A DNA stretch of 64,000 bases from Nymphaea colorata (Eukaryota): NCBI RefSeq assembly GCF_008831285.2, contig NC_045138.2, positions 32,860,001 through 32,924,000 of the forward strand. Direction: 5' to 3'. A program made the translations under genes and the position numbers. Within the stretch, counting starts at the first letter, position 1. Every line of letters starts with the position of its first letter. Positions 14,251 through 29,129 of the stretch are shown in pieces. The notes under the pieces are model-generated. The model was given only the letters and a program-made list of their open reading frames with translations, ran no database searches and was not told where the DNA came from.

Positions 14251-15320
14251 GTAGGAACACAGTGATCTCAATAGCAAAAGCTTTTTATATCATGGACGTA
14301 GGTCATCTTGCCTACGTCCACAATATCTCCAACCTCAATCATCTATGGTGGACATTTACCACTATCCATGATTTTAAGGTGCTCTTTACATTTCAAGTTG
14401 GTAGATGATCAGGAAAGTTTATCTTGCTGGCCACAATTAGAAGATTAATTTCCTTTATTATTTGAGCCAACTTCCTTAACTACCACCTGCTTCCAATTGG
14501 CATCATATCTTTTGAGATTTTTTCATACATGCTGATAGAACGAATGTGCATTGATACCTACTCCAACCTCAATCATTTATGATGGAGATTTTCCACTACT
14601 TAAAAACAGATATTATGTGGGGCAATCTCCTTATTTTAGAGAGCTCTTTACATCTCAAGTTGTATATAATCAAGAAAGTTTATCTTGCTGGCTATGATTG
14701 TAAGATTTCCCATTATCATTTGAGCGAACTTCCTTACCCTTCACCTATTTACAATTGGTGTCAGAGCCAGAAGTTTTTGGTTATAATTAAGGTGCACTAG
14801 TAATAAATTTAAAATTTCTAAGGACCATCAACCATGCAAATGACAAAAATGATCCTGACGTGTCAATATTAAAATAAATTTCAAAAAAACTCCTGACAAG
14901 GAAAAAAGAAACAATCTGAGGGCAAAAGTTCCCCGATGAAGAAAGCAGCACCTCAAAGCAATTTGAGAAATACTCGACACCCAAGTCCATGCATAAGAAA
15001 TGGTTCCAACCCAAGAAGTACGAACAAAAGAATGGATTCAGAAATGGAGAAAGGAATAAATCAAAGTGAATGAAACAACCTCAATGACCGCTTTAAAATT
15101 TCAACAAAAGGAGAAGAAATCTCATGTCAACTAATTAAGATACTATGAACTAAACCGTTTTTCATATGGGTGCTCGTCTTCCTGGAGACGTTTTTGTAGC
15201 GATGTCCTCAACCAACAAAACGGCACCCAGACATGCACCCATCTTAAAAATGTTTCAGTTCCACAGATCTTAGATGACACAAATTTCTTGTCCTATTAGC
15301 GCCCACCCGTTGAAATTTTG
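13950..15320. repeat. Triplicated block (other copies ~19460-20850 and ~27000-28430), with an internal ~235-bp tandem subrepeat
   Basis: Same ordered motifs in all three: gatgatgcacagaaagttgaag, tggacgtaggtcatcttgcctacgtcca, atgatggagattttccactac, ctcctgacaaggaaaa. Confidence 0.85.
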
Positions 15321-15801
15321 AACTTGTTGATAATTTTGGCGCTTAGCAGGAGATGTATGACTGAATCTTTTCAGCAATCGTGGAAGAGGTCCAGAGGATT
15401 TGTGTTTATTTCACCAACAGAGATGGAGTACGACAATTCTAATAGAATCACGATACTAGAAACTGGCCGATTCAATCGACATGGCTTTCAATGGATCTCA
15501 ACAGGTCTGTTCGGATACTTGTATGGATCTCAGCAAGCACTGTTTACATTCTATTCTTTGGGGTCCCATCGGAGAGGTAGAACCTAATTGCTGACTCAAA
15601 ATTTGATGCGTGGGGATCATACTCCAGCCCGACTTGGATTCTGTTTTAGAAATTTAAGTGACCGAATCTGAGTTGGAGTGATCAAAATCTGATTAAGGAG
15701 GACGTGACTAATTATTTTTAGCTAGAGATCTGATCGGACCAGCATAGAACGACTATCCAATCGCTTCTCCAGATTGAGCAGAACCTGGGGTTCTGATACC
15801 A

Positions 15802-16790
15802 GCTTTCACGGGCTGACCATCCTGGCGAGGAGCGGACGCTGGCGCTCCTCGAACGTGGTTACTACTGGCCACAGATGCGTGGCGATGTTGAAGCATATGT
15901 GAAAACATGCTTGATTTGCCAACAGGACAATGGAACGAATCAGAAAACTGTCGGTCTTCTGGAGCATGTTCCTATTCCAGAACATCTGTGGAAATGCCTC
16001 TCCATGGACTTCATCGTCAGCTTACCCAAAGTTGACGGCTTCAGTTCCATTTTTGTGGTTATGGATAGATTCTCAAAATATGTTACTTTCATCCCAGCCT
16101 CTAAGGAATGTCCCGTGGAGAAGACGGCGGAGTTATTTGTGAAGCATATTGTCAAGCACTGGGGTATGCCGAAAAACATTGTCAGTGATCGAGACGCTCG
16201 CTTCACAGGAAAGTTTTGGCGCGAAGTATTCTGTTTGCTGGGTTCAGATTTATTATTCTCAACGAGTTTCCACCCACAAACTAATGGCCAAACTGAACGG
16301 ATCAACGGGTTGTTGGAATAATACCTTCGGCACTATGTCAGCGCGAATCAAAAGAATTTGGTGAAATTGTTGGATGTAGCTCAATTTTGCTATAATTTAC
16401 AGAAGAGCGAGTCTTGTAGACATAGTCCGTTCGAGATAGTCACTGGACAACAACCATTAATGTCTCATGCCCTCGCCGCTCAAGAAAATGGATGACCCAC
16501 TTTTGCCTGCCAGTCGTTCGTGATTGGCAGGAACAGATGGAGATGGCTAAGGCGTTCTTACATAAAGCCGCGAAGAAAATGAAAAAGTTTGTAGATCGGA
16601 ATCGAAGGCCAATGGAATTCCGAGTTGGTGACCAAGTCCTCGCGAAGCTTTATCCTGATCGCACGGGCATTTTTCATGGTCGACACAGGTCATTAATCCG
16701 CAAGTATGAGGTGTATTCAGTGTTTCATGTCTGTAACCTGAAGCCCTTCTATTTTGATGAGGAATACCCTGATAAAAGCGTCCCAGAACG
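15802..16790 (+). mobile_element. Ty3/gypsy LTR-retrotransposon integrase relic
   Basis: HPGEERTLALLERGYYWPQMRGDVEAYVKTCLICQ zinc finger, SMDFIVSLP, IVSDRDARFT, FHPQTNGQTERIN, VFHVCNLKP; premature TAA at 16319-16321 and later frame disruption; no LTRs seen. Confidence 0.93.
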
Positions 16791-18117
16791 AGACTCGAGA
16801 TATATATATATTATATAGAAAACTAGTGGGGGATGTGGGATCTAATATATAGAGGGCAAGTGAAAGCATATTCAAAATTAGATATATAAGAAAATTGTGA
16901 AAGCTTTTCTACGGTTCCAACGAGAACCGACCCATTTGTAACGTTAAATAAATCCCCTGAATCATGATGACGTTGGAAGAGTTTAAAAACATGATTTATC
17001 TGATCATAAGCAAATTATTTTTCAAACCAAACACCATTTCATCCAGTACTTTCCTACCGGAAACCAACAGACCCTTAGCATCTTAGTGCTAACACGGCAT
17101 TCCACCTCAGTGAAAATTACGGTAATTACCGCATAGCTCACAAAAGGGAAAGTTTTAGTGGGCAGATCTATAGCGGTGCTTTTCACCGACCACATTCCAC
17201 TTGTACGACGCTTTTGACAAGAAAACCTATACCAGTGAAAATCCCACCGGTGTACGCGATGGGGTCGTATGACGGGCGACCGCTGGGCCGGTGACAAATT
17301 CATCACTATAGTTGTGGATTTACACCGGTGATTTTTTTCGTGGGTTAGATGTCAGTCCGATCACATTTCTAACCTTTGACGTTTCTCACCGCTACAGATT
17401 ACCTTTTATTTCAATCTCCCACGAAACCCCCTGCGGATTTCTTCCTGAACTGCTTTCTTTCTCCTCTGTCGCAAAGGGCTTCTCCGTGCTTTCTCGATGG
17501 TTCCAAGCATCCTTCATTCAAGGTTTCTAGGAATCTTTGGCGGCAGATTCGGACGTGCAGCAAGAGGTTAGGGTGTGCTTCGTCAGCGATTTTTCAGGCG
17601 ATAGTTCGCTGATCTAGCGTGCAACCACATGGAGACACTTCTTTCATGGTTCCATGAGAGGGCAGCTCTCTTTTTCTCCTGCCTGCGGCAAAGCAGAGGG
17701 CCGACGGCCTTCCTTCGCCTATTGCTTCGCAGGTTACGGGAGAGCCTGACGGTTCTTCACCTCTGCCGTTGAAGGAAGGCCTTTAAAGTGGGACGCTTCT
17801 TTCCCTCCGACGAGAATGGTCAATGGAGCATCGGGGTGGCTACCATTGTTTTCTCCATTGCTGGGGAATCGGTTAGACGTCAGACTTGCACTCAATGAAC
17901 CTTTGCCCGACGTGGTAGGGTTTGTGGGGTGATCATATAAGGGAAGTGTCAAATACCGCGATTTCAAGAGTTAGGTACATCACTCTTTCTTACACAAGCA
18001 CCTAAGCCATTGTTTAAGTCTTTTTGAAGGTATGGAATAGTTTGTTTTTATGGAATTTTCTTTCTTTTTTCACCTTTTCTGATTGATAGATTCTGAACTT
18101 ATTAAGAGGCTTTCCCT

Positions 18118-18888
18118 TTTGAAAAAGCTCCCGACAAGGAAAAAGAAGGAAATAGGAAACGGTCAGGGGCAAAAATTCCCCAATAAACGAAGCAGCTCTC
18201 AGCAATTGGAGAAGTACCCAACACCCAAACCCACACAGAAGACCAAGAATTTGCAAGAAGTATCTCCTTTTGTTCAGAAATAGTTCCAACCCAAGAAATA
18301 CCAACAAAAGATTGGATTCAGAAATGGAGAAAGGAATAAATCAAAGTGCATGAAACAACCTCGAAGACGTTTTAAAATTTGAACAAAAGGAGAAGAAATT
18401 TTATGTCAACTGATTAAGATACAAGGAATTAAAACATTTTTCAGATGGGTGCACGGCTTTTTGGAGACGTTTTGTGTAGCGACGTCCTCAAAAGTTGGGT
18501 CGCTTCAACAAACAAAGCGGCTCCTAGACATGCACCCATCTGAAAAATGTTTCAGTTCCACAGATATTAGTTGACATAAATTTCTTGTCATGTTACCGCC
18601 CATCTGTTGAAATTTTGAGCCGGCCTTCGAGGTTGTTTCATGCACTCTGATTTATTCTTTTTTCCTTCTCTGAATCCTATCTTTTGTTGGTATTTCTTAG
18701 TTTTTGTTGATTCACCGGGAGGGGTTGTTTTTCTGAAATCAGAGGAGGTCGTTCTTGCAAATTTGGTCTTTTCTGTGGATCTGTGAGTTGGGTATTTCTC
18801 AAATTGCTCAAAGGAGCTTCCGTAGTTGGGAAATTCTTGCCCTTGACCATTTCCCTTTTCCTACTTTTTCGTTGTTCAGGAGTTTTTC
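18118..18888. repeat. ~770-nt imperfect fold-back centred near 18490
   Basis: acattttcagatgggtgca / tgcacccatctgaaaaatgt inner arms; gaataaatcaaagtgcatgaaacaacctcgaag / cttcgaggttgtttcatgcactctgatttattc; outer arms still pair. Confidence 0.85.
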
Positions 18889-19459
18889 CCTTTCGTAAAA
18901 ACCAATTTACAAAGCTTTTAGAAGCAACGTCAACAACGGAAGACAGGCCGGATTCCGATGGTATGGTATCCTTCTCTTTTAGCCAGTGCGCTGTCTTCCA
19001 ATAGCTGCCTTTTGTTTATGTTTCTTATCTTTCAAGAGTAACCCCTTTTTCAGATTGATGGTCCTGTTGTCTTCTCCAGCTGAGTGGTGACCGAACCCAT
19101 CAATCTACCAGTCTCTTGAAGAAGAATCAATAAAAAAGGAAGAATGGTAGAGTTGCTGGCCGTGGATGTAGACGTAAAAGACCGAACCACATTATAATTT
19201 TTGTTGTCCTTAGATCTATTTTTTGCTATGAGTAACGTTCTCTGATTGATTGTACAGTAACTTCCTGAATTTCTGCTGAAAGATAAATAGCTAGGGAGTG
19301 ATTCCTTTAAGTCTGTATTCTCATGTTTTACCCTTTTTTTTGCTCTAATACCATAAATGTTGGTATGAAGATGTCTTAAGACAGGCTATTCAACATGCAC
19401 TAAAGGCAAAAGAACAAAAATCGAAAGAGAACCAACCATGGATCTACATTCTCGATTTT

Positions 19460-19770
19460 GTCATTCATTAAGGAGAAAAGAATGTTAAAATTCCATACGA
19501 TAGCATGAGGAGGAGTAGAGGGCAGAGAGAAGAGTGAGAGAGAGCTGGAGATGGCGGTGGCCTCCCATTTACAGAGACTGGATGAGGAAATAGAAGGAAA
19601 GAAAGAGAAAGTTGCAGAACCAAGTAGAGAAGATGGTGCAGGTGAAAAAAAAAAAGGAAGCTAATAGTAGGTGTGGAAGAAATTGAGCTAGGCGAAGTCC
19701 TGATTGCGACAGATATGCCATCTAACGGTGGTCCGTGGAGATGATGCACAGAAAGTTGAAGACAAGGAGG
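19460..19770 (+). pseudogene. Diverged fragment of GARP-MYB 5' leader/exon 1 (copy B)
   Basis: Similar to 5710-5970 including gacagat..ccatctaa.gg; ATG context altered. Confidence 0.7.
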
Positions 19771-21022
19771 GCAAGGCGTAGGAATACAGTGATCTCAATA
19801 GCAAAAGCTTTTTATAACATGGACGTAGGTCATCTTGCCTACGTCCACAACATCTCCAACCTCAATCATCTATGGTGGACATTTACCTCTATCCATGATT
19901 TTAAGGAGCTCTTTACATTTCAAGTTGGTAGATGATCAGGAAAGTTTATCGTGCGGGCCACAATTACAAGATTAATTTCCTTTATCATTTGAGCCAACTT
20001 CCTTAACTACCACCTGCTTCCAATTGAAATCATATCTTTTGAGATTTTTTCATACATGCTGGTAAAACGAATGTGCCTTGATCGCTATCTCCAACCTCAA
20101 TAATTTATGATGGAGATTTTCCACTACTTAAAAACAGATATTATGTGGGGCAATCTCCTGATTTTAGAGAGCTCTTTACATCTCAAGTTGTATATAATCA
20201 GGCAAGTTTATCTTGCTGGCTATGATTCTAAGATTTCCCATTATCATTCGAGCCAACTTCTTTACTCACCACCTATTTACAACCAGGAGTTTTCGGTTAT
20301 AATTAAGGGGTACTAGTAATAAATTTTAAAATTTTTAGGTACCATCAACCATGTAAATGAGAAAAATTATCATGAGGTGTCAATATAAAAAATAAAAAAA
20401 TAAAAAAAACTCCTGACAAGGAAAAAGGAAATAGACAAATGCAAAAATTCCCCGATGAAGGAATCTCCTTGGTGCAATTTGAGAAATACTCAACACCCAA
20501 GTCCACGCATTAGACCAAGAATTCACAAGAAGTATCTCCTTTTTCTTTCAAAGAAATAGTTCCACCCCAGGAAATACGAACAAAAGAATGGATTGAGAAA
20601 TGGAGAAAGGAATAAATCAAAGTGAATGAAACAACCTCAATGACCGCTTTAAAATTTCAGCAAAAGGATAAGAAATTTTATGTCAACTATTAAGATACTC
20701 GGAACTAAATTGTTTTCCGGATGGGTGCACGTCTTGGAGATGTTTTGTGTAGCGATGTCCTCAAAAGTTGGCTCTTTCAACCAACAAAACGCCTCCTAGA
20801 CATGCACCCATCTCAAACATGTTTTAGTTTCATAGATCTTAGTTGACATAAAAAAAAAAAAAAATTGTTTTTTTTTGGACAATTACCCACACCTTGCCAC
20901 TTGTCTCTGCCCCTGATGTCATATCTTTCCAAGATCCTCTTCGTGCATGCATGGATATGCATTGCTCGCTATCTCCAATCTCAATATGGTGGGGATTTCC
21001 CACTTTTTAAATTAGTTGGAAT

Positions 21023-21302
21023 TAAGGGTGGGCGTGGGCAAGGCCTGGCCTGGCCCATAGTCGAAACCTGAGCCCGACCCAGCCTGACTTTTTTATAATA
21101 ATTTTTTTAATTATAAAATAAATGTTTATAATATAAAATATATTTTATTAAAAAATAAATATTATAAAATTAAAAAATAATAATTTTTTTAAAATTATTA
21201 TCGAGCAAACCCAAAACGGGTCCGGCCAGGCCGACCTAGGCTTGTTTTTTTTTTTTGCCCGGCCCGGGTCCGATACCCGGTACTCAATGGGTACCCGGCC
21301 TA
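21023..21302. mobile_element. hAT-type MITE
   Basis: Termini TAAGGGTGGGC / ACCCGGCCTA, perfect 8-bp TSD GTTGGAAT; absent from the paralogous site at ~28595. Confidence 0.85.
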
Positions 21303-22080
21303 GTTGGAATACAAGGAAATAGCATATGGACAAGCCCATGTTTTCAGGGACATCTTTACATTTGAAGGGGTGCAAGTATCAGTAACTAAATTAATTTGTA
21401 ACTGAAATTTGGATAAACCAATTTATGCCCCTGATTGCTCAGGCGTCTGGAAAACAAAATACTGTAGCGCTCGAGCTGAGCTACTGAAGCCTATTAATAG
21501 CGAAAACTGTTCCATCATTGGTAAGTATCAGTGACGAGTACTTTCCGTAATGCATAGTTGCGTTACTGAAATATTGGTCTGCAGACAACAACTTCTGCCA
21601 TTGATTGTCGTATTCATCAGTAACGCAATTGCTGTGGCGCTGAGTTCTATACTTTGCAGTGCATGAAAAAAGGCTAGCACTTGCACTCAAAAGAACACTA
21701 TCATTATACCTAATAATAATATTTGTAATAGTACCAAGAAAAAAGGGTCACAACACAAAATAGTCAACATAATGCTTCTTTCACACTACAAGCACGGTCA
21801 CCGGCAAGCGTATAGAGTGTTCTAATGCATCGGAGATCCCGAATGTAGAGGAGGAAATACAAATTGAGTATGTAATTCATACTTAAAATCAGGACACGGT
21901 GAATCTTCTCAGCAATCGTGGAAGAGGATTTTTGTTATGGCACCGCCTGGAGATGGAATTGCACAATTCCAATCGCATGATGATACTTAAAACTGGCCGC
22001 TTCGACTGAAAACAAAATCTTGGAATCTAAACATTACTGAACTGGTATTCTGATCGAAACATTTATCCCAAATCAGGTTC

Positions 22081-23060
22081 TAAAGTGGTGCAGCTTTCCA
22101 AGGAAGAGCTCAAAGTCATTTTAGTTTTGGACCATTTGGTGAGGCAACTTATATGGCAACAGTGCTGTTAAGGATCATCAGTTGCTAAAACAATCATGGG
22201 TTCGCTCTGTTTGAGAAAGCCAAACTCCTGGTGCCTGTATTCTGCAAAATCCACCCACCATATCAAGCGATGGAAGTCTCTTGGCGCGGCTGACGAAGAA
22301 TAAAAGACCATTTTATGAATGCCGCTCTGGTGAAGAAGAAGAAGAAGCTTCTCAGGATCTTCCTCATCTTGACATATTCACAAGATGTAAAACGACCAAT
22401 TCTACGGGGCCGTTGGAGCTTTTTCCTTTAGAAGCAGGCTCGAGTAATAACAAGGTACTTTCGCGCTTCTTGGAACTCTTTTGCGGGGACTTTGTTCTTT
22501 CCCATCATTTGTGGCTCATTCAAACACATGGTTTGTTGAAGCATGTAGAAGCTTCAAAGTGACCATAACTACATTGCTGTGATATGAACAGATTCCTCAA
22601 GGCAAAGACAAGAAGACCGCAATCGACTCTCTGCTGCCGAATCTGCAGTTAGGTCTCGCTCCACCACAAATACCTCGGGATGGACAGGAGAACAATCATA
22701 CAAGAACTGCACGTGAGGAACAAAGCGGCCATTTTCATTATTTTCTCCCACTTTCTCTCGCCCTCATGTATTTCATGGCAAGGAAAAAGATGACGCCACG
22801 GAGGACAGAGAAGATGTGAACTTAGAAATGAGCATTTCTTTCAAGTCACAGAAAGTAAAGGAAGATGCAGGGTTGAATAATCCAACAGTGGCATTGAAAT
22901 AAGAGGGCAAGCTCCTTTCACTTGGCACTGTAGCAGGAATGCTGCAATAGTTTCTAGAGTTTCTCTCTTGAGTATCTCGTGAGAACATGAAAAAGAAAAA
23001 CAGAACTCATTGTTTTTTGGTTGACCTCCATGAGAGCTTGTGTTTTTGTTAGTGTTCATA

Positions 23061-23062
<2 letters not shown>
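22081..23062 (+). pseudogene. Duplicate of GARP-MYB exons 4-5 and 3' UTR (7269-8250)
   Basis: High similarity including the intron; ~10-nt deletion near 22145 and a small deletion near 22730 break the frame; no MYB-domain exons. Confidence 0.88.
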
Positions 23063-24210
<1,148 letters not shown>

Positions 24211-24458
24211 TTCATTTGAACTTATATAGAAGTCACATTTTAGGTTCTGTAAGAAATGCCGAGCTATTCCCAGGGCGTTAATAATGGTCAACTGGTGAAG
24301 TTATATATAAAACCATTCCAATTCCAATTCATGGGCATCTATCTATACGTGTGGCGTAGCTATGATTTTGGGTATTAAAAACGAGAGTTAATAATGGTCA
24401 ACTGGTGAAGTTAATTAAATGTGATAATCTAAAAATGCATTTGCAGGGGCGATCTATA

Positions 24459-24928
24459 AACGCCCGGAAAGTCCCATTCTGGTAGCAATAACTTTGTGAA
24501 TATATATCACCAAATTGATCGGGCACCATGACTTCAAAGCAAAAAGATGGTCCTTCTATATATATCTATATACATGCAGGGGTGGTGACACATATGAGGC
24601 ATCTTCTAATATCATTACTTGGGCTGAAAATTAATGTAAGGAATCACATCCCGTATAAAGAGCAAGGATGTGCATGGACATGTAAGGGAAGTGTCGAATG
24701 CGGAGATCTTAGGTGCATTACTCTGCTCTTTCACTCCCTACAAATTCTTACACAGCACCTGTTTCATTCCCAGCCATTTCTGATTTTATCATTCATTCCG
24801 GAGGGAGAATATTGAAATTCCATACTATGGCAGGAGGAGAAGCCGAGAGGCAGAGAGAGGAGTGAGAGAGATTGCCTCCCATCTGCAGAGACTAGAAGAA
24901 GAGGAGATAGAAGAAAAGGAGGAGAGAG
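24459..24928 (+). pseudogene. Duplicate of GARP-MYB promoter/5' UTR and start of exon 1 (5385-5855)
   Basis: Close match; start codon ATG changed to ATT (gagagattgcctccc); truncated after ~20 codons. Confidence 0.88.
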
Positions 24929-25375
24929 CTGCAACACATACTAAACATTGTTTAGTATGCAAAGCTCGGAAGATGATGACCAACAGCCACGGACCATGGT
25001 CAAGTCCGCCATGAACAAGGGCGTTTGCATACTAAACAGACGGCCATAGTAGCAGAATCTAAACATCACATAATATTTCACACGAAGGCAAGATGTATAC
25101 TTTGCTGAAATGACGAAATAACTGTGCAATATCAGACAATTCGCTTATCAAAATTATACTGATGGTGGTCGCTTATCAGCACAGATTCATGGATGGTGGT
25201 TGCTTTATATCTGTAAGCAAAAAGGTCATTTACTGGCTTGGTTCCTTTTTCCTCTTACAGGTGGACCAAGTCACTGGAGTGGTCCAGTGTCTGCATTATG
25301 AAAAGAAAAGAGATCTTCTGGTCGTTAAAATGTCACAGGACCAACAATATGGAGTATTTTCTTAACAAGGAGGAA

Positions 25376-26473
25376 TTCCATCCGTATTTTCTTAACAAAG
25401 AGGAAGAAGGCTTTTTGTTCTTGACGGTCATGCGAGAAGTCATCTTCCTAGGACATTGGGATAGGGGATGGCCAGAGACGGATGGACAAGAAGGAATATC
25501 AGATTTAAGGGGTTGAACATTTAAAACTAAACCACATAAGCCCAGAACGCTTTCAGGTTCCATTTTTAGGCATAATAACATTTAAATTTTAAGTGTACTA
25601 TAGAATAGCATTTTCTCCTGCCAAAAAAAAATTCCCCCCAGCAATAGTTCTTATCACAATCGAAGTCCTCAACAACCAGAACCACTCCCTTAAGAATACT
25701 ATATCAACTTAGAATATAATTAACATAATCAAATGGCGCACTTAATCTATATCCAACATGAGATTTGAGATTTAAAATGTACGCTCAACAAAAACAAAAA
25801 AAGAAGAGAGGCCCACATGCCATGTTTACCACGGAAATGTAAGAGAAACTATGGCTTCGTGGCTTAGCTAAAAGAAGCAAACTTACCAGCATTAGAAAAA
25901 TGTGTTGGTTTTCATAAAGAGAGCCCTGCAAAAAGCAACTCCAGCTCTTCATCTTGTGAAATTGTCCGCCTCTTGAAAACCAAAATGAAAAACGCTTCCA
26001 ATAAGGTTTCAAGGTTCTACCGGAAACATGTTTAATTGCTAACGCAAAGTCGTTACTGGATACTGTCAATGGAAATTTTCAACAAAGCACAAAGGACAAA
26101 CCTGAATTGATATGAGTTGCAGAATTTTGTTCAGAACCCGCGCTCGATGAGTTGCATAGCTGCTGTGTGCAGGAAGCTTGTTCACAGCCGCCCTCTTTTG
26201 TTCACTTTGTTCTGGCGACCATCGAGTGGCTACGTGTTCTTATCACTAATAAGATAGTTACCTAATTAGAACTCATGAAAATCTCTTTTGGTCACTTCAT
26301 GAAATAATTTATGGAAAACTGAAAATGGCGTCCTGCAAATGGTTCTAAGAGAGAAGGAAGCCGCACTAGATACATTGGTTTTCTTTGTTTTGATTCAAGA
26401 AAGGTTCTATGTATACCAAATTTGGCAGCAGTAGTTTATATTTATGTCTTTCTCAGTTTACCATGCTCTGCGG
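25376..26473 (-). repeat. Inverted copy of 11420-12510 / 1-432
   Basis: Reverse-complement identity; ORF 25333..25581(-) mirrors ORF 227..451(+). Confidence 0.9.
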
Positions 26474-26999
26474 CTCACGACCGCAATGTGTTGCTTCCTG
26501 CTCTCTCTATCTCTACAAAGGAACATTTGAATGCTTCTTTTTAAAGTTTATTGATTCAAACATCATTCCTTGCTTGTTGACGTTGCTTCTAAAACCTCTA
26601 GAAAGCTCAGTAGATCCCACATCATGCACTAGCTTTCTATATACAGTGTGAGAGAGATAGAGAGGGATACATAGTGAGGTTGGATGCTATGCTGGTATGG
26701 AATTATTTTACTAAGAGAAGCATAAGGAGAAAAAATTACTCTTTATCTTTTTTTTCTTCTTTTTTCTCTTTCGACTGTCCATCTTGAACCATTTACCTTG
26801 AAAAGATGGATGACAAATGATTTTTTACAAGTTTAGCAACTAAAAATATGATTCTTTACCAGTCAGGTTCAGCACCATGTTATTAATCGGTTGTCAAATT
26901 ATGCTACGAAAATTCTTCTCTTTTAAGCATATTAGAAACTGATAGTGGAGGGTAGAGAGAGGAGATAGATCCAACCATGGATCTACATTCTCGATTTTG

Positions 27000-27305
27000 T
27001 CATTCATTAAGGAGAAAAGAAAGTTGAAATTCCATACGATAGCATGAGCAGGAGTAGAGGGCAGAGAGAACAGTGAGAGAGAGATGGAGATGGCGATGGC
27101 CTCCCATTTACAGAAACTGGATGTGGAGATAGAAGGAAAGAAAGAGAAAGTTGCAGAACCAATTCGAGAAGATGGTGCAGGTAAGAAAGAGGAAGCTAAC
27201 TGTAGGTGTGGAAGAAGTTGAGCTAGGAGAAGTCCTGATTGCGACAGATATGCCATCTAGCGGTGGTCCATGGAGATGATGCACAGAAAGTTGAAGAAGA
27301 CAAGG
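27000..27305 (+). pseudogene. Diverged fragment of GARP-MYB 5' leader/exon 1 (copy C)
   Basis: As copies A and B. Confidence 0.7.
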
Positions 27306-29129
27306 AGGGGAAGGCATAAGAATAAAGTGATCTGAATAGCAAAAGCTTTTTATATCATGGACGTAGGTCATCTTGCCTACGTCCACAACATCTCCAACCT
27401 CAATCATCTATGGTAGACTTTTACCACTATCTAAAACAACTGGAACACAAGCAGACGGTGTGGGGGTAATCCCATGATTTTAAGGAGCTCTTTACATTTC
27501 AGGTTGGTAGATCAGGAAAGTTTATCTTGCTGGCCACAATTACAAGATTAATTTCCATTATCATTTGAGTCAACTTCCTTAACTACCACCTGCTTCCAAT
27601 TGGCATCATATCTTTTGAGATTTTTTCATACATGCTGATGGAACTAATGTGCATTGATAGCTATCTCCATCCTCAATCATTTATGATGGAGATTTTCCAC
27701 TACATAAAAATAGATATTATGTGGGGCAATATCATGATTTTAGAGAGCTGTTTACATCTTAAGTTGTATATAATCAGGCAAGTTTATCTTGCTGGCTATG
27801 ATTGTAAGATTTCCCATTATCATTTGAGCCAACTTCCTTACGCACCACCTATTTACAATTGGTGTCGGAGGAGAAGTTTCTGGTTATAATTAAGGGGGCA
27901 CTAGTAATGACTTTTAAAATTTGTAAGGACCATCAACCATGTAAATGAGAAAAATTATCCTGAGGTGTCAACATAAAAAAAAAAAAGCCGAAAAAACTCC
28001 TGACAAGGAAAAAGGAAACAGTCAAAGGCAAAAGTTCCCCGATGAAGGAAGCACCTCGGAGCAATTTGAGAAATACTCAACACCCAAGTCCTCGCATAAG
28101 ACCAAGAATTCGCAAGAAGTATCTCCTTTTTCTTTCAAAGAAATGGCTTCATCCCAATAAATACGAACAAAAGGTTGGATTCAGAACTGGAGAAAGGAAT
28201 AAATCAAAGTGAATGAAACAACCTCAATGACCGCTTTAAAATCTTAACAAAAGGAGAAGAAATTTTATGTCAACTAAGATACTCGAACTAAAATGTTTTT
28301 CGGATGGGTGCACGTCTTGGAGACGTTTTGTGTAGCGATGTCCTCGAAAGTTGGCTCACTTCAACCAACAAAACGTCTCCTAGACATGCACCCATCTGAA
28401 AAATGTTTTAATTCCACAGATCTTATTTGACATGAAAATTAATTTTTTTGTGGCTTCTTTTGGACAATTACCCACATTTGTCTCTGTCCCTGATGTCAGA
28501 TCTTTTCAAGATTTTCTTCATGCATGCCGGAAGAATGGAAATGCATTGCGGGCTATCTCCATCCTCAATATGGTGGGGATTTTCCACTTTTTAAATTCAT
28601 TGGTATACAAGCAGATAGCATATGGGGCAAGCCCATGCTTTCAGGGTGCTCTTTACATTTCAAGAGCTGCAAGTATCAGTAACGCAATTAATTTGTCACT
28701 GAAATTTGTATAAGCCAATTTATGCACCTGATTGCTCAGGTGTCTGAAAAAAAAAATTCTGTAGCGCTCGTGCTGAGCTACTGAACCTATTAAAAACGAA
28801 AACTTTTCCGTCATTGGTAAGTATCAGTGACGAGTACTTTCGGTAACGCATATTTGCGTTACTGAAATATTGGTCTGCAGACAACAACTTCTGTTATTGA
28901 TTGTCGTATTCATCAGTAACGCAATAAGTGTGGGGCTGATAATTTTCTATACTTTGCAGGACATGAAAAAAATGCTAGCATTTGCACTCAAAAGAACACT
29001 TGCATTATGCCTAATAATAGTAATATTTGTAATAGTACAAGAAAAACAGGTCACAACACATAATAGTCAACATAATGCTTCTTTCACACTACAAGCACGG
29101 TCACCGGCAAGCGCAAAAAGTGTTTTAAT

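Noticed and set aside
14327..14760. Regularly spaced repeats as a CRISPR-like array
   Set aside because: Eukaryotic context; whole ~235-bp units are duplicated with no unique spacers
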